Assembly: GCA_009103225.1 (NCBI GenBank)
Contig: RHPI01001611.1
Coordinates: 1-44,641, forward strand
Reading direction: 5' to 3'
Source of the DNA: Chlorokybus atmophyticus
Lineage: Eukaryota; Plantae; Mesostigma and Chlorokybus algae
DNA: 44,641 nt
Part shown: positions 34,099-44,641 of the stretch, one piece after another
Layout: every line of letters starts with the position of its first letter
Numbering within the stretch: position 1 is the stretch's first letter
Position numbers and translations under genes: made by a program
Notes under the pieces: generated by a model
Told to the model about the DNA's origin: nothing
Databases searched by the model: none
What the model saw: the letters and a program-made list of their open reading frames with translations, nothing else

Positions 34099-37000
34099 CT
34101 ACTGATGAATTCCGGCAGCACCTTGTCGGAGCATCCGTTTAGGGAGCACACATTGCTTCAATTCAGCGAGCTGATCATTTCCAGATTCCGGCAGCTTCGC
34201 CAAGCTGCCGCATCCGTGCAAGGCCAGCGTCTTCAGAGCAGGGAGCTCGCCGAAAGACTCCAGCAGAGCCGCCAAGCTGCCGCACCCGCTCAGACTAAGC
34301 GTTTGCAGAGCCGTGAGATCTCCAACAGACTCAGCGAGCAAGCGCAAACCAGCGTTAGTGAGAACGAAAATTTGTAGCTTAGTAAGCCTGCCAAGCGCGT
34401 CAGGCACCTAGTGCAGACATTGACAGCCCCTCAGCACCCGGCCAGCGCCTTGAGGTCCAATATTCTCAGTCAGCAGCACTAAGACATGCTGCAGGACTTC
34501 TTCTGATCAGGACGAGCAGTTTTGTGCATGGAGCACCAGTAAAGTGCTCAAGGCTTCACAGCGCACACATGTTCACTCCAGATAGGCTCATTAGCCCGCC
34601 CCCCNNNNNNNNNNNNNNNNNNNNNNNNNNNNNNNNNNNNNNNNNNNNNNNNNNNNNNNNNNNNNNNNNNNNNNNNNNNNNNNNNNNNNNNNNNNNNNNN
34701 NNNNNNNNNNNNNNNNNNNNNNNNNNNNNNNNNNNNNNNNNNNNNNNNNNNNNNNNNNNNNNNNNNNNNNNNNNNNNNNNNNNNNNNNNNNNNNNNNNNN
34801 NNNNNNNNNNNNNNNNNNNNNNNNNNNNNNNNNNNNNNNNNNNNNNNNNNNNNNNNNNNNNNNNNNNNNNNNNNNNNNNNNNNNNNNNNNNNNNNNNNNN
34901 NNNNNNNCCCCCCCGAATACTGCCATCCCAATCAGTTGTGCCCAGGTCTAGCAACCGGAAACTAGGCATGCCATACAATGTGTCGCTCCAGTTGACAGCA
35001 GCATAAGACATAGTCTCGACAAACTCATAGCCCTGCATTCAACAGCATGTCAACTGTAGGCAACGTCCTTGTGTGCACCATACTTGTTGTAATAAGTTTC
35101 TGGACTGCAAGTTTGTACTGATTGCAGCAACCCTCGTAAGTCAGACAGAAGCAGCATGAGAAGGTGCAATGGAACACGCGCCTTGCACCTTCTGAGGTGA
35201 GTCGCTCATGGCCTTTGGCATCCAGATGTGCTTGAATGGAGACTCCCATCCGTTGTTCCAGTATAGTATAGTAGGACGTACATTTTGCAATCATTTGGCC
35301 CATGTCGCGGAGCTGGGCGTGCACTGAAAGGATGTTGTTGCTCGGTACCCAACGAATGAGGGACAAATCCTGTAGGCGATCCAAATACCATGATGCGAGG
35401 CTGGCCCACGCTGGAAGCGGAATGTCCTTGCCCTTTCCCAAAGCGAAGCAACAGTCTAGAAAAACTGGCCGTATTCTGCCAGTGGGCGATAGCCATTCGT
35501 AACTGAGTTTCAGCCTTTTCCACAACCGGTCTTCTTGTGTACTTTCGAGCCCCTCTGCCTCATGTAGAAGATCTAGTGCGTCTTCCCAATTCTGCACATC
35601 ACTGTTGCGATGCGTGCGGAGAAAGGAGCCCATGACGTCAAGTGAGAGCGGCAGTCCCTGGCACGCCGTGATGATGTTCTCCACAATTGACTTCAAGTAC
35701 CCAGGCACTGGATCCGAGCCGAAGGCGTGTTGGCAAAATAGATCTCTGGCGGGCTTATCGTTGAGCAGCCGCACCTCCTCCACCAACGTATGCTGCTTCT
35801 CCCCCTTGAGTAAGTTGCAGTCGCGAGACGTCACCAGCACACAACTGCCCTTACCAAGCAGAGGGCTGTCTCCCCACAGATTAAAAGGACCGAGCAGGGC
35901 GTCGTGTTGAAAAGGGCTCCAGATTTCATCGACAAAGAGCAGCACCTTCTTCTCTCGCAAATGATGTTTCAGAGTTTCCTTTCCTTCAGCAATAGTGTTG
36001 GATGCGTTAACGAAGGAAATATCAGTCAGCTGTTGAAGCATAAGCAGTTGCAGTTGCACCAGCTTTTCTTGATCAGCTTCTTTCCCGACCTCAATAAAGC
36101 AGCAGCTGGGTGCAAATTTTCTGTGCAGCTTGTTATAAATCGCGCTTGCGAGTACAGTCTTCCCAATGCCGCCCATGCCCCAAAGACCCAGCATCACGAC
36201 CTTGCCTCCAGCAGCGGCTTTCAACTTCTTGAGTACGTCTTCAACGCGCAAGTCAATGTCTACTGGGTATCTGGCAACATATAAAGAAGGGCGGTCTAAC
36301 TTTCTCAGCACGTCTCTCACCACTTTATCTGCTAAAGCAGTCCTGGTACTGAAACAGAGCAAACGTCAGCAAACAATGCATGACAACCGCAGCAAAGACG
36401 TACATCAGTGGCAACTGGACTCACTTGAACCGCTCAAGCCTTCGGCCTGTTTTTGAAAATGCATGATCCAACGCATTGCAATAAGCAGATTCATTCTGGA
36501 CAAAGTGCTTCCCACCATGCAGGCATGCGCTGAAACCAAAGAACATGTTGGCAACTGCCAAGAACATATTGGCAACTACCAGGAACATCCTGCTGATCCA
36601 CAGGAAAACCGCCCGCCAGCAAATACTTCTCTTTATTGTGGTACGCAATGTGTCAAAATCTTTGTCAAAGAAGATAGGCATGACAACGTGTGTTGAGTCC
36701 TCCATCATAATGCGCAGCTCCTCAAGGCAGTACCAAGACTCTCCGTAACGAGGAGACAGAACGGGCATCTTGATGCGTGCGGACCGTACATTGTGAGTAA
36801 TGATACTCCAGGCTTCATGAGTCTCCCCTGGCTGCAAGCTCAGCTCGTCTACGAAGCAGGTGATTCCAACTTTGATAAAACTGCGATGCAGATAGTCGAT
36901 AAAGTGGTCCTTGACCTCAGGCCCTCTATGGCTCAGGAAAACGTCGCAGGGACAATGAGGGATAGTCTTTGACCGCGGCACAATGTCTCCGTCTACGACG

Positions 37001-37224
37001 CGCAGGTTGACTGGTCTGTGGGCTCCTGGAGCACTGTTACTTGAGGGGAACAAGGTCTTGCAATCAGCTGGTGAACAAGGAAGTTCGAGTTGCACAGCAT
37101 TGACACGAGCCACAAACCACAACGCACACCAACGTGTCAAACACGTTTCGATAGTACTGTTTGTGTTGGTCACCAGCTTACTGTTGAGATTTGTACTGGA
37201 GGCCAACGTGTCCATTGCGACCAT
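34099..37224 (-). pseudogene. TIR-NB-ARC-(short LRR) paralog of 28009-32241 with a disrupted LRR region
   Basis: TIR CDVFLSHRG...YCLEEL, P-loop GMGGIGKTV, VLLFVDEIW, GLPL, VHAQLRDMG. In-frame TAG at 34408-34410 (CQCLH*VP versus CQCLQTVP in the paralog), indels at 34410-34600, and only about 3 LRRs. Confidence 0.82.
34605..34907. other. 303-N assembly gap flanked by C runs
   Basis: Seen directly. Confidence 0.98.
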
Positions 37225-38025
37225 AAGCAGGCTGCACCTTGGTGGCCTGCAGCCAGACAAACTCATACTGTCAGGAGTTTGCAACGCCTGTGACGCACAG
37301 TGACATGCAACGCATGCAACCACATATGCCATCATGTTCAGTAATAACTACATGGTGTTTGCCAGGGGAACGCCATGAATTGCACCAATCGCACACTGAT
37401 GATAGGAAGCGTGTGCTTGCTCTTCCAAAGCAAGTCGCTAGCCAGAAACCCCGTCCATACACTTCTTGACAATGCACCAAGCAAGCCCAACAGTCAGTGT
37501 ACAAGAACCATATACGGCAGCAGGCGAGTTCCACATGCAACGCCTCGCGAACGGCTACGCGTAATGATCTGCGGCCTAGCACAATAACAAAGTCATTCTA
37601 GTAAAGTGCTCGCGCGCTTGCACATGCCCTTTCACACTACGTTGCCAAGCTAATCTCCTGCCATAGCGCTGCCGTCCAGCACCAGCACCGCCACCATGCA
37701 CCGAGTGGCATGCATGTGTATCAAGCATGGTTTCCCTAAATGTGGCTGCCAGCTGGCATGCTGTGCTCGCCGCAAGCAGCGGCCGCACACGACCACAGAA
37801 AGTCGGACGGCGAGACGGCAACGCACCTTCGCCTGCTGCGATGAAGTCAGGCAGCCTTCAGCTGCGCCTGGCGTCCTTCCGCCCCGCCTCCCCTGCTGTT
37901 GTCCCCCAGCCTGTGCGGGGCGGCGTCGCCGTTCAGCTCCGACACCTCCAAGCCCCGCCCCGCGCGTTTCGCCGCTGCTCAGCGCTCGCTCTGGTGCATG
38001 CCACTCCGCTGCGCCGCGCCTACTA

Positions 38026-38667
38026 GGGTAGAGGTGCCCCATTTGGCCACTCGCCCTTATTTGGCCAATGACGGTTTCATGAAGGTTGCATGCAAGGGCA
38101 AGCACTTGGGGCGGTGGTTTTTGGATGTAAAATACTACTCATCGAGGCCTACCTATCGAAAACAAAAACAATCATTAACATTTAGCAAAAAAAAGCAGCC
38201 GAAGTAACTATCAAAAAACAGCGTCTGAAACAGCACAGATTAGGGTCTGGCAGCCACACTACTGTAACTCTAATTTATTACGCGCTCGTGGCTTCAACGA
38301 CGATGGTTTCCGCTATACTTGTTCAAACTACTTGAAAGTTTGTTTGTCAAAAACAAAGTTTACGATAAGGACCACAGCCACTTTTGAAGTTTTAGGCAGT
38401 TTGGCGCGGCCAATTACAAGTTGTCAGTTCTCAAAGTTAAAATGGCCAGCTTAGGGTAAACGTGTTATCGGCCTGACCCATCTATCACCCCTACTTTCAC
38501 ACACTGTAACTTTCTCCATACTAATCCGTTTGTTCAAATACAAATACCGCCGTGTAGCTCAACTTCAGCGCTACCCGAAACGTATAGACTTCACCGCCAT
38601 ATAATGTACACAACGCTCACGACAACCCTCAAACCTCAAAAATGCGCCAAATAGGGCACCTCTACCT
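38026..38667. mobile_element. MITE-like TIR element (642 bp) with TA TSD
   Basis: TA|GGGTAGAGGTGCCCCATTTGGC ... GCCAAATAGGGCACCTCTACCT|TA; AT-rich non-coding interior. Confidence 0.85.
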
Positions 38668-40225
38668 TAAGCCGTTGACTGAATAAGCTTAACCCAATGA
38701 AATTAGGTTCGTGAAATGCACCGACAAAATGCTCCGGCCATAAAACAGGCGACCCCTGCTAACACTGCTTACCTCAGTGCTACCCACGGATTATGGGATG
38801 TGCTGCATTATGTGTACGCATCAGTAGTTGAGATTGCATTGGTATGCACGATGCTAGCATATGTGTTACGCACGCACGCAGTGTCAATAATCATGCCAAG
38901 TACATAGCCAGTATAAAATGCATACACAGCAAAATACGACAGCATAGAGCACAATACAGCAAACCAAAAATGTGTATTAAGTAATTACACTTGAAAAAGT
39001 GTTGTGCCTTCCCTCATTGTGCCTTGAACTCGTCGTAATCCTCATTGCTATGTCCTGCCTCATGAGCTCGTGCGTTATGGTGTCGAAACCCTTCATTCTT
39101 AACATGCTATGCATCATGCAAGTATAATACGGGTGTAGCGGTCACCCCCTCCCTCACCACTGAAGCTCACACATTCGCATTCGCAAATGGCAAAAATATG
39201 TTAGATACTTCGCTATTCCTGACTCAGGCTGTATGTAACCCCAACCTGCTCATAAGTAAAGGAATCAACAGGTTGAATGCAGGTTAAATAGATGTATTAA
39301 TTAAACTGTCAGCATGAACTTGCATAAGAGAGGAATTGACATGTGCACACTGAATGATAACAAACAACAACTAATGAAGCTAAGGGATCAATTGCACCAT
39401 GCAAGCAGTCAAGCACAAGTATGTAAAACACTGATGCGCATGTGTGTGATAACACTCAAGCAAAGCCAGCATGCATACGCAAGCACAGTTGGGATCAGAC
39501 TCACGGTATAGAATAGCTGAGTACTGCAGTTGTGGTTAACACTTGTTGTCTTACAAAGGAATTATGCATCTGCACATTATACTTATATGACCGAGGTAGC
39601 AACTGGCAGTTACACTAGCAACTGTTGGGCTAAGGATCTGTCTAACGCCACGGCCGTACTTCTTCAAAGCCTCCCGCTCTTCCTTGCGCCTGTTCAGCTG
39701 CGTCACGTTTTTTACACGATGACTAACTAAGGACTGAGGGGTGCCTGAGCCTGCCTGCCGCTGCCTAAAATGTTACTTTTGGACTGTTGGGTTTGCCATT
39801 GGCTTATGTGGACTGACGCAGATGGCCGCGAGCTGAAAGTGGTTGTCAATGGCATTGACCGGCCGAGAGTTGTCAACCAGTTACCCTTTGGTCAATGTGC
39901 ACAGACGGCCGTTAGCCGGTGGTCACGGACAGCTGACAATAATAGCCGGCAATTTCCTTGCCGTTACACTGCTGTTAATATATAACCATTATCGTTTGAC
40001 AAAAGTTGACAATTCTTGCCAACAGTAACATGCCATGCAGCTTGTACAAACCTTGGACTTATTGTTTGGTCTTGCAACTATAAGCCCACAATATATGCAA
40101 CGCACCGGTAATTGTGAGAGTATGTCCACTTGCAACTGAGTAGCCGACTTGCGCATGAAACTAATTACAACATTGACTCTAGCTGTCGCACTCATGCGCA
40201 ACTTGTCGACCCGTGGTGCCTGCCT

Positions 40226-41100
40226 CAGAACTTGTCCTCAACCCCCTCCTCATATTCCTCCTCCGACAAGTCTTCTGCTTTAACATCAGAGTCATCTTCA
40301 TCTGCTGCCTCGCTCGCTGACAATACAACGGCTACCTCGTCCTTCAGCTTGAATGTTGGCACCGCCGTGCACGCGCGTGTGCTTGATGGTTGCTTTAAGA
40401 GTGACCACCTGCATTTGGTAATGCTATAAGAGTGGCGTGCTGCCTGAGGACTAGCCCAACAGCATACACATGCTTACCTTGTCTTCCGCTTTGTTGCACT
40501 CCGCCAGGCAGACAGTCAGCCTGCCGCTCTGCTCATTGTTCTCTCTGACCATCATGGCAATCTGCAAGCATACTGCTTATTGCCACTGGAAACAATAAAA
40601 TAGGTCATAGATTACATGTTCATGGTACTCCGCAGCTTCTTTTTTGCGACTTGCGAGCTCCCGCAAGTAGAAATAGACTGTGCATTTGCGAGATTGGTCA
40701 TGCTGCTCATGTGCATGACATTGAAGGCTGTGCATGAGGGTGTGCATGTGGTATTGACAGTGTGTGTCATGTGCAAGATACTTGAGCATGTGCAAGATAG
40801 AATAACCGTAGCATGTGGCATTGACAGTGCATCGTAACCCACCTTGCTTATGCCAATCTTGTTTGTTCCTTCAATCATGTCGCCGTGGTCGCAGCTGCTG
40901 GTGGGTCGGATGTTCTTGAAGGCAGTATTGTGGTGTGCCTTTGCCCACTCGGAGGGGGAGCCCTGTAAGATATTGCTTTCATCATTGTTGTCATTGGCGG
41001 TGCCCTTGGTAGGCATGGTGGGGTTTAACACCAAGGACACCTCACCGGCACCTTGCCCGCCCTGTGCAAACATGGGCTTCATCACGGACCTCGACCACAA
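40226..41100 (-). other. Putative spliced gene fragment with acidic C-terminus, function unknown
   Basis: AG/GT-bounded minus-strand blocks (...NKAEDK|gtaag at about 40480) and a last block reading ...EAADEDDSDVKAEDLSEEEYEEGVEDKF*. Confidence 0.3.
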
Positions 41101-42422
41101 CGCCCACTACGCCCCTGGCAGCGCCGCCAACGATCCACCAAAAGCCACATACCCTCGGCATCACCGCCCTGTAAGGGCATAGCTTGGCGGAGCCATTGGT
41201 GTTTTCATGCGCAGGGACTGGCATTGCCAGCACTTGTCAATGGTACGAACTGCCATTGCCAGTGTACAAAGGTACCATTGCAATGGTACAAAGATGCCTT
41301 TTGGCAAAGGCATCTTCGTACCATTAAAACGGTTTAATCATGATATTTATGCAAACTCACCCCACCCTGGACGTCCAATTGCTCGATCATACCATAATAA
41401 TGGTACGACGGAGCCGTTACGCAAGTAAATGGCGGCCAAGTTTCCCGCCTCCGGCATGCAAGGGTAGCGGCGGCGGTGGCGGCGGCGGCGGCGGCGGCGG
41501 TGCGTGTTGCTGGATGTAATGTTGCAGGTTACATTGGCGACGCCTGTGTCGACGTCAATAGTGAGCTATGGGAGTCCTTTATCCGTTTCGCCACATGCGC
41601 TTCGCCACACGTAGCTCGGTCTACATGCACACTGTTAGCAGCAGGGTGTGCAACCAAAGCAAGCTGTATGTCGACCAACGTCCATTACAGTACGATGCGG
41701 ATCATGTTGAATAGGGGAGTTCGATCCAGGATGCGCACATGCTTGATGCTGAAGGACCCCTCCAGGAGACACACGCACAGCAGCAACAGGAGGAGGAGAA
41801 AGTGAACGAGGGCTTTCGATGTGTGCGTATGCCTTGGAAACCTGTGGCACGCCAACATGGAAGTGGAGGTGTCCCTTCGCACGTGTTGGAATTCAAGTGG
41901 TATGGCTCGGAGCATGCTCTTGCAGTGGCATTCGTGCAGTGCAACAACGGCCAAGGCCTGTTGGCCTCCGACATGGGGCGGATCATCAAGTGCATCCAAA
42001 ATGCACACTTCCTGACGGAAGAGCTCCAGTGGGAGACCGGTGTGCATGTGGCTAGCTACCTCCAGACTACAATTGCTGTCTCTTAATATGAGGTGTGTTC
42101 GCGGTGTGCGGTGCATGTGCTTTAACCATTAGAGCTATGTCACGTATGCACATGCGAGTGTGCTGCCGTATAAAAACTACATTACGGCTGACCTGCGCAA
42201 GCCTGGAGACCCTGAGGATTAGGACATCAGCGTCACATATATGCCGGCCAAGGTCTGTAAAATGCTCTATTTAATCTTGGGCCAGCATAGCTAATAATGC
42301 TCTTTGCAAAGAGCATTAACAGCCATGCTGGCCTTAGATAGTCGGAGTAGGAATGGCTCGCGCGGTTGTATGACAATCCAAATGCCGATAATGGCATCAA
42401 TCTCCAGTACAGTGGTGACGAG

Positions 42423-42845
42423 TGTTGAGAGTCATTCCTACATACGATCAGCATTGACCCTCCACACAGGAGTAGAAGGTCGTAAGGACGAGCACTAGGT
42501 CCGGACTTAGCAAGATGGCGTCGTCGGACCAGACTCCGGACTCCAGACTGGAGCCTTACCAACTGCTTTGTAACTCCGCGTAATGTTACTCATACTAAAC
42601 ATGAGAATTTGTTGGAAAGCTCTGGTTGTAAGGAAGACAACGCAGCTTAAAGCGCGTAAAAAGGCTGAGTATAGCTTACGCAGTGCTTGCAAACGTAGAC
42701 GTGTGTGTAAGTGGCTGGTATAAGAACCAGCGGACAACTTGTAATAGATGAATGTGATGTGACTTGTGTATGCTCTGGTGGCGGTAGCTCTGTCTCTGTG
42801 TGTCTATGCTTGCCTCAACTACATGTGCATGCTACTCCTTCAACA
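42423..42845 (+). repeat. Copia 5' LTR (423 bp, TGTTG...CAACA)
   Basis: Termini, the primer site immediately downstream, and homology to the solo LTR at 7973-8429. Confidence 0.9.
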
Positions 42846-42859
42846 GGTTATGGGCCCAC
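42846..42859 (+). promoter_or_regulatory. Primer-binding site complementary to the tRNAiMet anticodon stem-loop (half-tRNA priming)
   Basis: GGTTATGGGCCCAC directly follows the LTR-terminal CA, as in Drosophila copia-type elements. Confidence 0.88.
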
Positions 42860-42973
42860 ACTACGCTTAAGGAGTGTGGGACTAGCTTGTGTGCATTAGT
42901 AGTTCTACACTACGGTAGCTTATTGGTAGCAGAGCCTTGGGTGTCAACTGCAAGGAAGGCAGGAGCGACAAAG

Positions 42974-44528
42974 ATGGAGGCGACCCACGACAAGGGGCAG
43001 ATTGCAAAGCTAGACACCGACAACTACAACACATGGTGCGTGGAGATGAAGGCCTCGCTCATCCACAAGAAGGTGGAAGTACGTTGATCCGAAGGCACCA
43101 CCACCAACACCAGGAGCGAACACTATGTGGTTAGAGATTCAGCAGAAGCACACTCTTTGCTTGTGTTGAACAGCAAACCGCATCACTTTCCCATGCTCAC
43201 TGCATGTGAAGATGGTAGACAAGCTTGGGAAAAGCTATTAGCCGTATTCAGAGCCAAGAACAATGCCGGAAAGTTGCGTCTACGCAAGCAGCTCAGCGCA
43301 CTCATGAAGGAGGCAGCAGAACCTATCACGAAGTATGTTGCACGCGCAAGAGAGCTATCGGCAGACCTCATCAACGTCGGCCTTAACATGGGGGAGACGG
43401 AGGTAGTGCTGGCTATTGTTGCAGGGCTACCAGCAGAGTACGAGGTCGTCGCAACCCTGCTGGAGACGTCATCATCAGAGTTGACATTGGACGATGTGCT
43501 ACCGAAGCTGCTCACCGTGGAGCAGAGGGTTGTGACGAATGACGAGCAAGCTGATGCCGTGGCCTTCTACATCAACAAGCACGGGAAGAAGAGCAACCAT
43601 GAAGAGAAGAACAAGGGCAACAAGGCGGGCAATCCTCGTCACAAAGACCTCACATGCCATTGGTGTGGTTTGAAGGGGCACATTGTGAAGGACTGTAGGA
43701 AGAAACAACAGGGGCAACCTAAAGCAAGCACCAGCAACAGCGGCAACGAGCACCAACACAAGGAGAAACATGTCGCCTTCACTGCATCCAGTTCGAGGGC
43801 GGGCACAGCTTTTTGGGTGGTGGACTCTGGCTGCAATCGTCATCTCACACCAAACAAGAAGGTGATGGAGGGCTACAGGAAGCTGACGTCCACAATCAAG
43901 GTGGCGAACTTCGGTGGTGAAGTGCTGGTGGCTGAGGGAGTTGGCAATGTGCGACTTCTGTGCAAGGTTGGTAACACACAGCGAGAGGTGTTGTTACGCA
44001 ACGTTCTGCATGTCTTTAAAGCTATTGCGAGTCTATTCTCTGTGAGAGTTGCTGAGCGCTTGGGAGCAGCGATAGCGTCCCGGAAGGGTGGCTGCACAGT
44101 CATCTTTGATGGTGTCGTGCACATGGTTGGAATCGCTAATCCGGGAGGGCTCTACCATGTGGAGCAGCACCCTCATGACATTGACATTCAAGCCATGGTG
44201 GTGAAGGACAAGGAGTCGCCAACATGGTGGCATCGAAAGTTCAGGCATCTCAGCTACATCAACCTCACTCGCCTTGTCGCTGAAAAGATGGTCAAGGGCA
44301 TCCATCTCAACACAGAAGAACTCAAGAATGCATCAGGTGCACTTTGTGAACCATGCCTGGTTGCAAAGCACCATGCTATGCCATTCCCATCATCCTCTTC
44401 AAGTTGTCAGCATCCTTGCGAGCTTGTGCACATGGATGTCTGTGGCCTTATGCGCATTGTGGCGAAGGGAGGGGTCAGGTACTTTGCTACATTCCTCAAC
44501 GACTACAGCAAGCTATCCGTCATCTTTC
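42974..44528 (+). pseudogene. gag-pol: Copia gag-pol fragment (Gag, CCHC knuckle, protease, GAG-pre-integrase, start of integrase core)
   Basis: LDTDNYNTW, CHWCGLKGHIVKDC, WVVDSGCNRHL, WHRKFRHL...CEPCLVAKH and ELVHMDVCG. TGA stop at 43085-43087. RT and RNase H are absent. Confidence 0.93.
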
Positions 44529-44641
44529 AGGGTTAGGGTTAGGGTTAGGGTTAGGGTAAGGGTTAGGGTTAGGGTTAGGGTTAGGGTTAGGGTTAGGGTT
44601 AGGGTTAGGGTTAGGGTTAGGGTTAGGGTTAGGGTTAGGGT
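44529..44641 (+). repeat. Telomere (TTAGGG)n with one TAAGGG variant at 44557-44562
   Basis: About 18 hexamer units running to the end of the window. Confidence 0.98.

Larger units (their letters stand above)
42423..44528 (+). mobile_element. Ty1/Copia LTR retrotransposon, 5' part, truncated by the telomere
   Basis: 5' LTR, primer-binding site and gag-protease-integrase ORF running into TTAGGG repeats. Confidence 0.95.

Noticed and set aside
34524-35038. ORFs of 111-160 aa made mostly of X
   Set aside because: They are translations through the N gap.
39800-40030. Homology of the TGTCAA/TTGACA-rich tract to 3580-3715 and 4405-4425
   Set aside because: Only short shared motifs (such as TGTCAACCAG) were seen, with no collinear alignment.
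1-44641. tRNA or rRNA genes
   Set aside because: None recognised; the tRNA-complementary stretches are retrotransposon primer sites.

Overview
Eukaryotic chromosome end with GT-AG introns, finishing in a (TTAGGG)n telomere. A green alga is the most likely source; this is inferred from a chromodomain Gypsy element, a plant-type tRNAiMet primer site and CA/GT-rich introns. The window holds a subtelomeric cluster of three TIR-NB-ARC immune-receptor-like loci. Locus 1 (28009-32241, +) is an apparently intact TM/unknown-TIR-NB-ARC-LRR gene of about 1.3k aa. Locus 2 (34099-37224, -) is a convergent paralog with a broken LRR region. Locus 3 (8960-10758, -) is a different, TNP-like TIR-NB-ARC pseudogene. 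They sit among nested mobile elements: an Academ-like XPG/CXC remnant, an intron-rich Mutator-like DDE pseudogene carrying a Copia solo LTR, CAC-ended GGWCC-rich TIR ends, and two TA-TSD TIR elements, one of which contains a chromovirus Gypsy. A Copia element is cut inside its integrase and capped directly by telomere repeats. Several perfect hairpins and fold-back structures occur. Two large duplications start at single-N joins and may be assembly artefacts. All family assignments come from motif recognition by eye; no database search was run.
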